Shown here in pieces: positions 40,389 through 49,389 of a stretch of 64,000 nt of DNA. The translations under genes and the position numbers were made by a program. This stretch comes from an uncultured Spirochaetia bacterium. GTDB lineage: Bacteria; Spirochaetota; Spirochaetia; CAKZLE01. The first letter of the stretch is position 1, and every line of letters starts with the position of its first letter. The DNA is taken from NCBI GenBank assembly GCA_937125225.1, contig CAKZLE010000005.1:14441-78440 (forward strand), given 5' to 3'. The notes under the pieces are model-generated. The model saw nothing but the letters and a program-made list of their open reading frames with translations. It did not search any database and had not been told where the DNA came from.

Positions 40389-41717
40389 TTACATGCCCAT
40401 CTGTTTCAGCATCTGGGCTTGGTATTTCTTATTCTTTGCGACCTTTTTCATCATTAGTCGCATCTTATCAAATTTCTTCAACATCCTGTTCACATCATAA
40501 ACAGCTGTACCACTTCCTTTAGCAATCCTCTTCCTTCGAGAAGGTCCGATGATTCGGTGGTTATTCCGCTCATTATAGGTCATAGATTGAATAATCGCCT
40601 GTTCCCGAGCAAGTTCCTTCTTGTTGATATCATCTTCACTGATGTTGCCTTTCGCACCAGGGATCATATCGACAATAGACTCCAACGGTCCCATTTTATT
40701 CATTCTCTGTAATTGTTCAAGGTAGTCTTGCAAACTAAATGTCGCAGAAGACATCTTTTTCTGTAATTTCTCTGCTTCTTGGACATCAATCGACTCTTGC
40801 GCCTTCTCAACAAGTGATATTACATCACCCATTCCCAGAATTCTAGTGGCTATTCGTTCTGGATAGAAAGGATCAAGATCCTCTACTTTCTCACCGACTC
40901 CGATATATTTTATCGGTTTACCGGTTACACTTCTAATTGAAAGAGCCGCACCACCTCTCGTGTCTGAATCGAATTTAGTCAGGATCACTCCGGAGATGCC
41001 AACTTTCTCATCGAACTCTTTTGCGATATTGACTGCGTTCTGTCCAGTCATGGAATCCGCTACAAAGAGTGTTTCATCAGGATCTGCAGCCTTGAAGATA
41101 TCATGGATCTCTTTCATCATCTGCTCATCGAGATGCATACGTCCAGAAGTATCTACGATTACCGTATTATACTGCTCTTTCTTAGCAAGTTTAAGTCCGT
41201 TCTTTACCACTTTGACGGGATTCTTGATCTCCTCAGCATATACGGGAACATCAATACTCTCACCAAGGACCTGAAGTTGTTTGATTGCAGCAGGTCTTAC
41301 CAAGTCAGCTGCAATAAGGAGAGGTCTACGCCCCTCTTTCTTAAGCTTATAGGCAAGTTTAGCAGCTGTCGTCGTCTTTCCAGAACCTTGAAGACCCATC
41401 ATAAGAATGACAGATTGGGTATCTGGTCCTTTCAGGTTGAGTTCTTTTCTATCATCACCGAGTAATTGAACTAATCTATCATGGACTATCTTTATGAACT
41501 GCTGACCAGGGTTCACGGCCTTGATGACAGCCTCTCCTTGAGCTTCTTCGATAGTCTTATTCACGAACCTTCGTACTACACGAAGATTCACATCCGCTTC
41601 TAGTAGAGCGATCTTTATCTCTTCTACCGCTTCTTGGATGTTCTTTTCTGAAATAGTTCCCTTACCGGAAAATTGTCGTACTATATCTGAGAATTTATCT
41701 GAAATCTTTTCAAGCAT
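40389..41717 (-). CDS. ffh: signal recognition particle protein Ffh
   Basis: N-domain, G-domain (GLQGSGKTTTAAKLA, DTSGR) and a Met-rich M-domain C-terminus. Confidence 0.95.
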   Translation of the reverse strand: MLEKISDKFSDIVRQFSGKGTISEKNIQEAVEEIKIALLEADVNLRVVRRFVNKTIEEAQGEAVIKAVNPGQQFIKIVHDRLVQLLGDDRKELNLKGPDTQSVILMMGLQGSGKTTTAAKLAYKLKKEGRRPLLIAADLVRPAAIKQLQVLGESIDVPVYAEEIKNPVKVVKNGLKLAKKEQYNTVIVDTSGRMHLDEQMMKEIHDIFKAADPDETLFVADSMTGQNAVNIAKEFDEKVGISGVILTKFDSDTRGGAALSIRSVTGKPIKYIGVGEKVEDLDPFYPERIATRILGMGDVISLVEKAQESIDVQEAEKLQKKMSSATFSLQDYLEQLQRMNKMGPLESIVDMIPGAKGNISEDDINKKELAREQAIIQSMTYNERNNHRIIGPSRRKRIAKGSGTAVYDVNRMLKKFDKMRLMMKKVAKNKKYQAQMLKQMGM

Positions 41718-41767
41718 ATCTTTCCTACTTTATCGTAAAGACTTATACCGTATTATTCGAGTCAGTG

Positions 41768-44581
41768 TCAACCATTATCGAAAATTGTTTCACCATCTGG
41801 ATCCTTCCCGATACGGTAAGTGATGACCTTAGTCACCCCTGGTTCCTGCATGGTCACTCCAAGGAGCGTTGAAGAACCAAGTACAGTCTTCTTATTATGT
41901 GTGATGATGATAAACTGTGAATTCTCACTGAATTCTAGCAGAAGATCAAGAAAATATCCTATATTTGCATCATCAAGAGCAGCATCTATCTCATCGAGAA
42001 TACAAAAAGGAGACGGTTTGACTAAATATGTAGCAAATAGTAATGCAACTGCCGTCATTGAACGCTCACCACCGGAGAGAAGCGTGATCTTTTCAAGTTT
42101 CTTCCCTGGAGGTTGAGCAAGTATATCTATACCGCTATTGAGAATATCATTAGGATCGACAAGTTTCAACTCTGCTCTTCCACCACCAAAAAGGCGTCTA
42201 AACATAAGATGAAAATTCTTTTTGATCTTATGATAACTCTCTTCGAAAAGCTCCTCAGACCTTGTCTTTATCTCTTTGGTAATCGTCAGGAGATCGTTCT
42301 TTGCCTGCTCTAGATCCATCAACTGTTTTCTCAGGAACTCATAACGTTCTCGAACCTCTTCGAATTCCTCAGTTGCCATATGGTTTATATAACCAAGAGC
42401 GATCATATCCTGTTTAAGATCTTTGAGACGTGACCGGTAGCTCTGCTCTCCATCTCTAATATCATAGATTCTCTCATCAAATTCAGTGAGGCTCTTGGAA
42501 TAGTTCTCTTCGAAAGCCGAATAGATGAACTCGATCTCACTCACAAGAGCATCAATCTCGGCTTTAGTCCTTTCGATCCTCTGAGATACATTCGTTAGCA
42601 ACTCCTGTTTGAGAGCAAGATTCTTTCGCTGAGTCTTTATATCCTCTTGAAATGAATCTATCTCCTCTTTGAGTAGCTGTAACTGTTCGGTGAGTTCTTC
42701 GACTTCTATTCCAATCTCTTCAGAATCTTTTTCTAACGCAGAAATCTTATCCTTCGTATCCTGTAATTTACCCTTTGTAATATCAAGGTCCTTAACAGAT
42801 TCATCCCGTGAGATCTTCTGTTCATTGAGTGATCGATAGAGATTCTGAAGAAGATCCTCAACATGCTTAAGATTCCCTTTGAGTTCTACTTCGGTGAGTC
42901 TCAAATGTTCGAGAGTTTCTCTATAATTCTGCAATTTCTTCAATAACGAGGTATTTTCAGAGGAAAGATTATCTATCCTCTCCTTCTTATCTTCCACCTC
43001 TGTATAACTCTGTTCAATCTGATCATCGATGAGTCTTTTCTTCGTAAGCACCCCAGCAGGAGCTAAGAAATCATCTATGAATGAAGGAATCTCTTGAATA
43101 TAGCTAGTATAAAGTACTTGAAGCTCTCCCATCTGGTCGTTGATCATCCTGATATCATCAGTTGTCTTTAAGAACAAGGCTTTATCCAATGCCTTCTTTG
43201 TTGATCCAAGACTTTCTGCGTCTTCGAGAATATCCAGTCTACCCTGAAGGGTGATCTTCATTCTATTGAGTATATCGTGGATCTGCTGCTCGATATCATT
43301 TCGCCTATGGTGAGAATACCCAGATTCGTTAAGTCTCATATCAAATTCTTTGACGATATGTTCGGTAATCTCCTGAAGATCCCTTCTAAGAAGCAACTGT
43401 GTCCGCTCCAGACTCTTAATCCTCTCTTCAGTCCCCTCTATCTCTCGACTGTTAGCAGATATCCTTTCTTCGGCAGTCTCAATCGTCTCGATGAACGTCT
43501 CGATATCTATTTCGATCTTCTCTAGTTCATCTTGAATAGAGATTCTTTTTTTGACACGTTCATCTATATCAGCAGAATCACGATCGATCCTTTGAGCCAT
43601 CTGATCACATCGGCTACTAAGATCTGAGATATTCTTTGTAAAGTCTTCGATTCTGTCTAGATAGATATCGATCTGGTTCTTCTTACTGTTCTTACTCTCA
43701 TCGATACGATGTAGGCGGTTCTGTATATTAATCCTCTTGTTAGACTGATCATTAACAGAGTCCATGATCTCCTCAAGAGTAGTGTTTATCTTTGTGATAT
43801 CTGCCTGGAGAGTCTGAAACTCTTCAACTGAAGTGTGTAGATATTCGATTTTCCGTTCTTTCTTCGTATTGAGTTCATGAACCTTTGCAAGCTGCAGATC
43901 GACCTCTAGAGTGAATATCTTCTCTTTTAGTACTCGGTATTTCTCAGCTCTCTGAGCCTGTACCTTACGAGTATCATAGGTATGTTTCACCTCTTTGAGG
44001 ATCCCCTCTACCTGTTTGATATTCTCATCTGTCTTCAATAACTTCTTCTCAGCTTCTTGACTCTTCTGTTTGAATCTGGTGATTCCTGCTGCCTCTTCAA
44101 AGATATAACGCCTATCCTCAGGTCTCTGAGAAAGTATCTGATCGATCTTTCCCTGTTCAAGAATCGAATAGGCACTCTTTCCGATTCCTGTATCATAGAA
44201 AAGTTCTTTTATCTCCTTGAGTCTAACATGTGTGTTATTGATGAAGTATTGACTTTCGCCTGATCTGAAGACTCTCCGTTTTATTGAAATCTCTGATACA
44301 TCTAGAGGGAGGTACCCAGCCTCGTTAGAAATTATGAGATTCACCTCTGCAACATTGAGCTTCTTTCTAGATTCAGTACCATTGAAGATGACATCCTCGA
44401 GCTTACCCGCTCTTAGAGTCTTCATCGACTGCTCTCCGAGCACCCATTTGATACTATCTACAATATTGGACTTCCCACAGCCATTGGGACCGAGTAATGC
44501 AGTGATTCCGTTTGAGAATTCTAATTTACTCTTATCAGCGAATGATTTAAAGCCAAACAGCTCTATACTCTTTAAAAACAC
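41768..44581 (-). CDS. smc: chromosome segregation protein SMC (compact spirochete form)
   Basis: N-terminal Walker A GPNGCGKSNIVDSIKWVLGEQ, long coiled coils, C-terminal signature LSGGERSMTAVALLFA and Walker B ILDEIDAALD; 937 aa. Confidence 0.9.
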   Translation of the reverse strand: MFLKSIELFGFKSFADKSKLEFSNGITALLGPNGCGKSNIVDSIKWVLGEQSMKTLRAGKLEDVIFNGTESRKKLNVAEVNLIISNEAGYLPLDVSEISIKRRVFRSGESQYFINNTHVRLKEIKELFYDTGIGKSAYSILEQGKIDQILSQRPEDRRYIFEEAAGITRFKQKSQEAEKKLLKTDENIKQVEGILKEVKHTYDTRKVQAQRAEKYRVLKEKIFTLEVDLQLAKVHELNTKKERKIEYLHTSVEEFQTLQADITKINTTLEEIMDSVNDQSNKRINIQNRLHRIDESKNSKKNQIDIYLDRIEDFTKNISDLSSRCDQMAQRIDRDSADIDERVKKRISIQDELEKIEIDIETFIETIETAEERISANSREIEGTEERIKSLERTQLLLRRDLQEITEHIVKEFDMRLNESGYSHHRRNDIEQQIHDILNRMKITLQGRLDILEDAESLGSTKKALDKALFLKTTDDIRMINDQMGELQVLYTSYIQEIPSFIDDFLAPAGVLTKKRLIDDQIEQSYTEVEDKKERIDNLSSENTSLLKKLQNYRETLEHLRLTEVELKGNLKHVEDLLQNLYRSLNEQKISRDESVKDLDITKGKLQDTKDKISALEKDSEEIGIEVEELTEQLQLLKEEIDSFQEDIKTQRKNLALKQELLTNVSQRIERTKAEIDALVSEIEFIYSAFEENYSKSLTEFDERIYDIRDGEQSYRSRLKDLKQDMIALGYINHMATEEFEEVRERYEFLRKQLMDLEQAKNDLLTITKEIKTRSEELFEESYHKIKKNFHLMFRRLFGGGRAELKLVDPNDILNSGIDILAQPPGKKLEKITLLSGGERSMTAVALLFATYLVKPSPFCILDEIDAALDDANIGYFLDLLLEFSENSQFIIITHNKKTVLGSSTLLGVTMQEPGVTKVITYRIGKDPDGETIFDNG

Positions 44582-44733
44582 GCTCTCTCCATATATTTCC
44601 GAAGATTATTACTATCTTTTGTACTATATCATAAATATTAGATTCGAACATACTCTTAATAGTTTTTCTATTCAACTTGACTCTGCATATGCACAGCAGT
44701 ACACTTTAGTAGAAATACAATAAGGGAGGAGTT

Positions 44734-45702
44734 ATGCTAGAACGTAACACCACTCCGACACCTAAGAAGATCTCGATTCAGCCTAAGATTCTAATTATAG
44801 TCGTTATCGCTATTGCGATCGTTGCTATATTCTCAACCAGTTTCTTTGTAGTTGATCAAACTGAACAGAGCGTTGTCCTACGTTTTGGCCAGTATAATCG
44901 AGTTGTAGGTCCGGGGTTACAATTTAAAGCGCCTTTAGGGATTGAGAAGAGTTACAATGTACCGACACAGGTCGTACAGAATATGAGTTTCGGATTCAGA
45001 ACAGAGCAATCTGGAGTAAACACCATCTTCGATCAGAGAGATTTCCCTGAAGAATCAGTCATGTTGACCGGGGACCTGAATATTATCGATGTAGAATGGG
45101 TTCTTCAATACAAGATTGACAATCCATACGCATGGTTGTTCAATGTTGAAGATAAGACATCTACGATTCGTGATATAAGTCAATCGGTCATCAACGAACT
45201 CGTTGGAGACCTACCGATCCTATCAGTCATGGGTTCCTCAAGAACAGACATCGAAGTTTCTGCTCAACAGCAGATGCAGGATATTCTGAGTAGCTATGGT
45301 CTTGGAATCAAGATCGTTACCGTAAAATTGAAGAACATCGTCCCACCGGTCGGTGAGGTTCAGGATGCCTTTGAAGATGTCAATAAGGCTATCCAAGATA
45401 TGAACAGGCTTATAAACGAAGGTAAGGAACAGTACAACAAAGAGATACCGAAAGCACGTGGTGAAGCTGCACAGCAGATTCAATTTGCCGAAGGGTACTA
45501 CTCAGAAAGAATCAATGAGGCGAAAGGTGATGTAGCGCGTTTCAATTCCGTACGTGAAGCATACAATGAGAGTAAAGAGGTCACAAGTACTCGTCTCTAT
45601 ATAGAGACAATGGAATCTATCCTCTCTAGTGGAAATACTACGATCATTGATAAGAATCTTGAGAATTTTCTACCTCTACAGGACATAGGAGGTACAAAAT
45701 GA
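44734..45702 (+). CDS. hflK: SPFH/band-7 protein HflK
   Basis: Single N-terminal TM helix then an SPFH domain (…VVDQTEQSVVLRFGQYNRVVGPGLQFKAPLGIE…). Confidence 0.9.
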   Translation: MLERNTTPTPKKISIQPKILIIVVIAIAIVAIFSTSFFVVDQTEQSVVLRFGQYNRVVGPGLQFKAPLGIEKSYNVPTQVVQNMSFGFRTEQSGVNTIFDQRDFPEESVMLTGDLNIIDVEWVLQYKIDNPYAWLFNVEDKTSTIRDISQSVINELVGDLPILSVMGSSRTDIEVSAQQQMQDILSSYGLGIKIVTVKLKNIVPPVGEVQDAFEDVNKAIQDMNRLINEGKEQYNKEIPKARGEAAQQIQFAEGYYSERINEAKGDVARFNSVREAYNESKEVTSTRLYIETMESILSSGNTTIIDKNLENFLPLQDIGGTK

Positions 45703-46679
45703 AAAAATTCATAACTGCCCTAGTAATCATAATTGCAGCGATAATCATTTTCGTACTTGTAGGACCTTTCTACATCCTCAATGAAGGTGAACAATCGGTG
45801 GTCACTAGATTTGGTGCTATAACCAAGACAGAGACTGATGCTGGGTTCAAATTCAAAGCACCCTTTGTAGATAATATCGTGAAATATCCAAAAAAAATTC
45901 TCTCATGGGATGGCGACTCTCAAAGAATCCCTACAAAAGAGAATCAGTTTATCTGGGTAGATACCACAGCCCGATGGAGGATTGTAGATCCCCAAAGATT
46001 CTATGAATCTGTAACCTCCCTCAATCAGGGGTACGCTCGATTGGATGATGTTGTTGACTCTGCGGTCAGGACCATCATCTCTGAAAACTACCTTAATGAG
46101 GCTGTCAGAACTAGCAATGATATAAACACTATCAAGGTAATCGAACAAGTACAGTCAGAGAATATAAAAGACTCTGAACAATTGAATAGTCTAACTGCTA
46201 CTCAAGAAACCTACCAAGAGATCACCAAAGGTCGTACCATGCTCTCTGATGAGATGTTCGAGTTCGCCTCTACCTTCACTGCTGAATATGGTATTGAACT
46301 CATAGATATCATCATCCGACAGATCAGATACTCTGATGACCTAACAGAGAGTGTTTACAACAGGATGATCAAAGAGAGAAACCAAATTGCAGAAGCTTAC
46401 CGTTCCTATGGTGAAGGACAACTTGCTGAATGGATAGGTCAACTGGATAACGAGAAGAGAAAAATCCTCTCTGGAGCATATGCTACATCGGAGGAGATCA
46501 AAGGTAATGCTGATGCAGAGGCAACAAGAATATATGCTGATGCCTATGAAGCTGATACAGATTTCTTTGAATTCTGGATCACATTAGAATCATATACAAA
46601 ATCCATTACCGATTTACCTAAGACGCTATCAACAGATATGGAATACTTTAAATATATCTATTCATCTGAAATTGAATAA
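45699..46679 (+). CDS. hflC: SPFH/band-7 protein HflC
   Basis: N-terminal TM helix then an SPFH domain (…ILNEGEQSVVTRFGAITKT…FKAPFVDNIVKY…); 4-nt overlap with hflK. Confidence 0.9.
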   Translation: MKKFITALVIIIAAIIIFVLVGPFYILNEGEQSVVTRFGAITKTETDAGFKFKAPFVDNIVKYPKKILSWDGDSQRIPTKENQFIWVDTTARWRIVDPQRFYESVTSLNQGYARLDDVVDSAVRTIISENYLNEAVRTSNDINTIKVIEQVQSENIKDSEQLNSLTATQETYQEITKGRTMLSDEMFEFASTFTAEYGIELIDIIIRQIRYSDDLTESVYNRMIKERNQIAEAYRSYGEGQLAEWIGQLDNEKRKILSGAYATSEEIKGNADAEATRIYADAYEADTDFFEFWITLESYTKSITDLPKTLSTDMEYFKYIYSSEIE

Positions 46680-46701
46680 TTCCTGATCAATAGGTTCTAT
46701 T

Positions 46702-46737
46702 AAACTGTTACTGCTTATGCGGTAACAGTTTTTTTAT
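46702..46737 (+). terminator. rho-independent terminator after hflC
   Basis: AAACTGTTAC (46702-46711) / GTAACAGTTT (46722-46731), a perfect 10-bp stem with a 10-nt loop, followed by TTTTTT. Confidence 0.75.
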
Positions 46738-46905
46738 GCAAAAGCACATATATTATTCTTTTCATAAGATTTCATTATTTGATGAGGACATGATTATGGC
46801 TGAATCCTTCTTCAAATAACGAAAATCTCAATTTTACCAAATCATGAAACAATGACACCTAATTAATGTACTAATCAATCAATAATAATTTTTAAAATAT
46901 TTCAC

Positions 46906-46937
46906 ATTACTATTCTTGACTTTAACTTATTTAAACT
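46906..46937 (+). promoter_or_regulatory. candidate sigma70-like promoter for the AT-rich mini-island
   Basis: TTGACT (46906-46911), a 17-18 nt spacer, then TACTAT/TATAAC (about 46929-46937), about 55 nt upstream of the ATG at 46991. Confidence 0.35.
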
Positions 46938-46990
46938 TTACTATAACTTTATTGATAATTATATTAAGCTTTGTCTAAACAAAGGAATAT

Positions 46991-47290
46991 TTGATGAATG
47001 AATTACCAAATTGGATTATAAAACTGGAAAAGGAAGATTTGAACTTTATTAAAAGATTCATTCTTTATTCAGGATCATTAAAAGAAATCGCAAAATACTA
47101 TGAAGTGACCTATCCAACAATAAGATTACGACTTGATAGACTCATTCAAAAAATACAGTTGAATACTGAAGATGAGCAAAAACCATTCGTATCCCTCATC
47201 CGAACCCTGGCAATAGATGAGAAGATCGATTTCGATGCAGCTAAAATTCTCATTGATGCATACACGCATGAGGGAAGAGAGGATACATGA
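46991..47290 (+). CDS. small HTH protein, DUF2089-like (lacking the Zn-ribbon)
   Basis: 99 aa; …YSGSLKEIAKYYEVTYPTIRLRLDRLIQKI… matches the helix-turn-helix core of DUF2089/sigma-region-4-like regulators; AT-rich codon usage. Confidence 0.5.
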   Translation: MMNELPNWIIKLEKEDLNFIKRFILYSGSLKEIAKYYEVTYPTIRLRLDRLIQKIQLNTEDEQKPFVSLIRTLAIDEKIDFDAAKILIDAYTHEGREDT

Positions 47291-47291
47291 T

Positions 47292-47582
47292 ATGAAGATT
47301 ATAATTATCACAATTATTCTCAGCATCATCCTTGGAGTAATTCAATGGTGGTTATCATTAAAACCAAACTCTTTCTTTGGTAAAATCATACCAATTCTTA
47401 ATGTGGTTATCTCAACCGTACTTGCTATGTTAACTTCTGATTTTTTTTCCGCTTGTTATATCTTTTTGCTATCCATCTCTCCTCTTATATTATGGTTGAT
47501 TATCTATAGATCCTGTCGAAAAAAGATCAAGAAGAAAAGACTGGCAGCCATCAATCTGACGAAGCTAAAGGATATAGGGTGA
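47292..47582 (+). CDS. small membrane protein (3 predicted TM helices)
   Basis: MKIIIITIILSIILGVIQWW… with a positively charged C-terminal tail (RSCRKKIKKKR). The ATG at 47292 follows the upstream stop by 1 nt; the longer ORF-track start at 47217 was rejected. Confidence 0.45.
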   Translation: MKIIIITIILSIILGVIQWWLSLKPNSFFGKIIPILNVVISTVLAMLTSDFFSACYIFLLSISPLILWLIIYRSCRKKIKKKRLAAINLTKLKDIG

Positions 47583-47586
47583 TTCT

Positions 47587-48072
47587 ATGAAAAAATGGCA
47601 TTTTTTTCTTATTTTATTAATCATAACAGTAAGTATCTCCGCGGGAGTCCTATGGAACCGATTTTCTATGACAAAGTGGGAACCAACTAAGAGTCAAATC
47701 GGTAAATGGTCCGGTACCGGTGAACTTCACTTGGATTATCAGGTTACACCTTATAAGAATGAGGATAGTGAAATAGTATTAGAGATCCATAAGAATGGGA
47801 ATGTATCTGGAACGTTGGGAGATTCACAGCTCATCGAATGCAAGATCACTCTTAACCGAGTAAGATTCGAGAGATTCCTCCAGATTAAAACAGACTATAT
47901 CATTAAGGGGTATATCGATTCAAAAATCAATGAACATGATGAACTCTTTATGAGGAAAATCAGTATTCCCTGTAATATTGATGATAATGTTCTGCTAGGT
48001 TCTATTTTCCATATCGAAACTTTGAAATACCCCTATCCTCTTATACCTAAACTTCAACTCACAAAAGAATGA
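47587..48072 (+). CDS. membrane-anchored/secreted hypothetical protein
   Basis: N-terminal signal-anchor MKKWHFFLILLIITVSISAG; 161 aa; no recognisable domain. Confidence 0.45.
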   Translation: MKKWHFFLILLIITVSISAGVLWNRFSMTKWEPTKSQIGKWSGTGELHLDYQVTPYKNEDSEIVLEIHKNGNVSGTLGDSQLIECKITLNRVRFERFLQIKTDYIIKGYIDSKINEHDELFMRKISIPCNIDDNVLLGSIFHIETLKYPYPLIPKLQLTKE

Positions 48073-48196
48073 TCAACTTAAGTTATTAATAATTTAAAGA
48101 AATGATTTAAATCATCAGCACTAGGATATTTTGAGAACTACCTACTCCCGAGTATTAGTTAACGCTAAAAATTCACCTTTTTTCTCATGGATTCTT

Positions 48197-49228
48197 TTAA
48201 TCACCACAGATGACCGTATTCTTTCCAGCCCTCTTAGCTGCATAGAGTGCACTGTCAGCTCTATTGATCATGGTTGCTAGCGTATCATTGTTTTTTACTG
48301 AAATGATACCAAAACTAGCTGTCATATGTTTGACATATGAGAATCTAGTCTTGTCTATATTATTCTTCAACTCCTCAGCTAACTTAAAACCATTATCGAT
48401 TTCCATACCTGGGAGGATTATCATAAACTCCTCTCCACCCCATCTACCGACAGTCCCCAAAGCCCCAATCTGTTTCTCGATGAGCTTTGAGAATTCAATG
48501 AGAACAGCATCTCCGGCAAGGTGTCCATAGGTATCATTAACATATTTGAAGCCATCTATATCTGTCATGATGATGAGGAGTCTCTCATCTGCAATACGCA
48601 TCATATTCAGACTATTCTCACATTCACTATTCAATCTTGATCTGTTATAGATTCCTGTAAGTTCATCGGTCACGGTCAGGATTCTCAACTCCTCATAGGT
48701 TGTATCGTATCTTTTCGTACATTGCAAAATAATCAAGAATAGAGCAATCAATTGCAATGGGACCTGTATGATTCTATCTACGAATTGTGTTTTGTCCGGA
48801 TAGATCATAATGATCTCAGGATACGAATACTCAATCGTTAGTAGGATGATATAAACTAAAATAAGCAAGGAGATGAGAATCAACCTTGAACGATCTCTGA
48901 AAAGATAGGTAATACTGACTGCTATGAGAAATGTATATCCTAGAGCATTATTTTCACTCCCACCCGACTCTATGAAAGCAAAGGGCAAAAAGACTGAGAC
49001 GATGAAAAGGAAGAAGAATAGAGTTCCCACGTTATTGAAACGTTTTGACTTCTTAGAAAAAAGGGAAATCGATGAGGCTATGATCAATAGTAGCCATTTA
49101 ATTGATAACATCAAGGGAAAACCACTAAATAGATTACCTATGATACTAAACAGGGATAATCCTATACTAAAATATAGTATTATGGTGAATATCCTGATCT
49201 CAAGTGTTCTAGTTATGGTACTTTTCAA
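48197..49228 (-). CDS. membrane-bound diguanylate cyclase (GGDEF domain)
   Basis: About 5-6 N-terminal TM helices then a GGDEF domain with an intact GGEEF active site (…RWGGEEFMIIL…). No RxxD I-site was seen 5 residues upstream of GGEEF. Confidence 0.85.
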   Translation of the reverse strand: MKSTITRTLEIRIFTIILYFSIGLSLFSIIGNLFSGFPLMLSIKWLLLIIASSISLFSKKSKRFNNVGTLFFFLFIVSVFLPFAFIESGGSENNALGYTFLIAVSITYLFRDRSRLILISLLILVYIILLTIEYSYPEIIMIYPDKTQFVDRIIQVPLQLIALFLIILQCTKRYDTTYEELRILTVTDELTGIYNRSRLNSECENSLNMMRIADERLLIIMTDIDGFKYVNDTYGHLAGDAVLIEFSKLIEKQIGALGTVGRWGGEEFMIILPGMEIDNGFKLAEELKNNIDKTRFSYVKHMTASFGIISVKNNDTLATMINRADSALYAAKRAGKNTVICGD

Positions 49229-49389
49229 AAGGATGCTCGCTTATTCTTAGTATTTTACTTTTTTATTGTTCGATTCTATCATGATACATGATCAAAGTGA
49301 ATGATAATAGAAAACTATTAACATGGGAAAACTACTCATATTTCCCATCTAGTTGATTATTTTGGTTCTTAGGGCTAATATGTCTTGAT

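Noticed and set aside
47217-47582. Longer 121-aa version of the small membrane protein starting at 47217
   Set aside because: It would overlap the HTH gene by 74 nt. Its N-terminal 25 residues are hydrophilic junk. The ATG at 47292, 1 nt after the upstream stop, gives a clean membrane protein.
48111-48124. Perfect 14-bp palindrome ATGATTTAAATCAT between the secreted-protein gene and the convergent GGDEF gene
   Set aside because: The stem is all A/T and there is no flanking U-tract on either strand, so it is not a convincing bidirectional terminator. It may be a chance event in AT-rich DNA.
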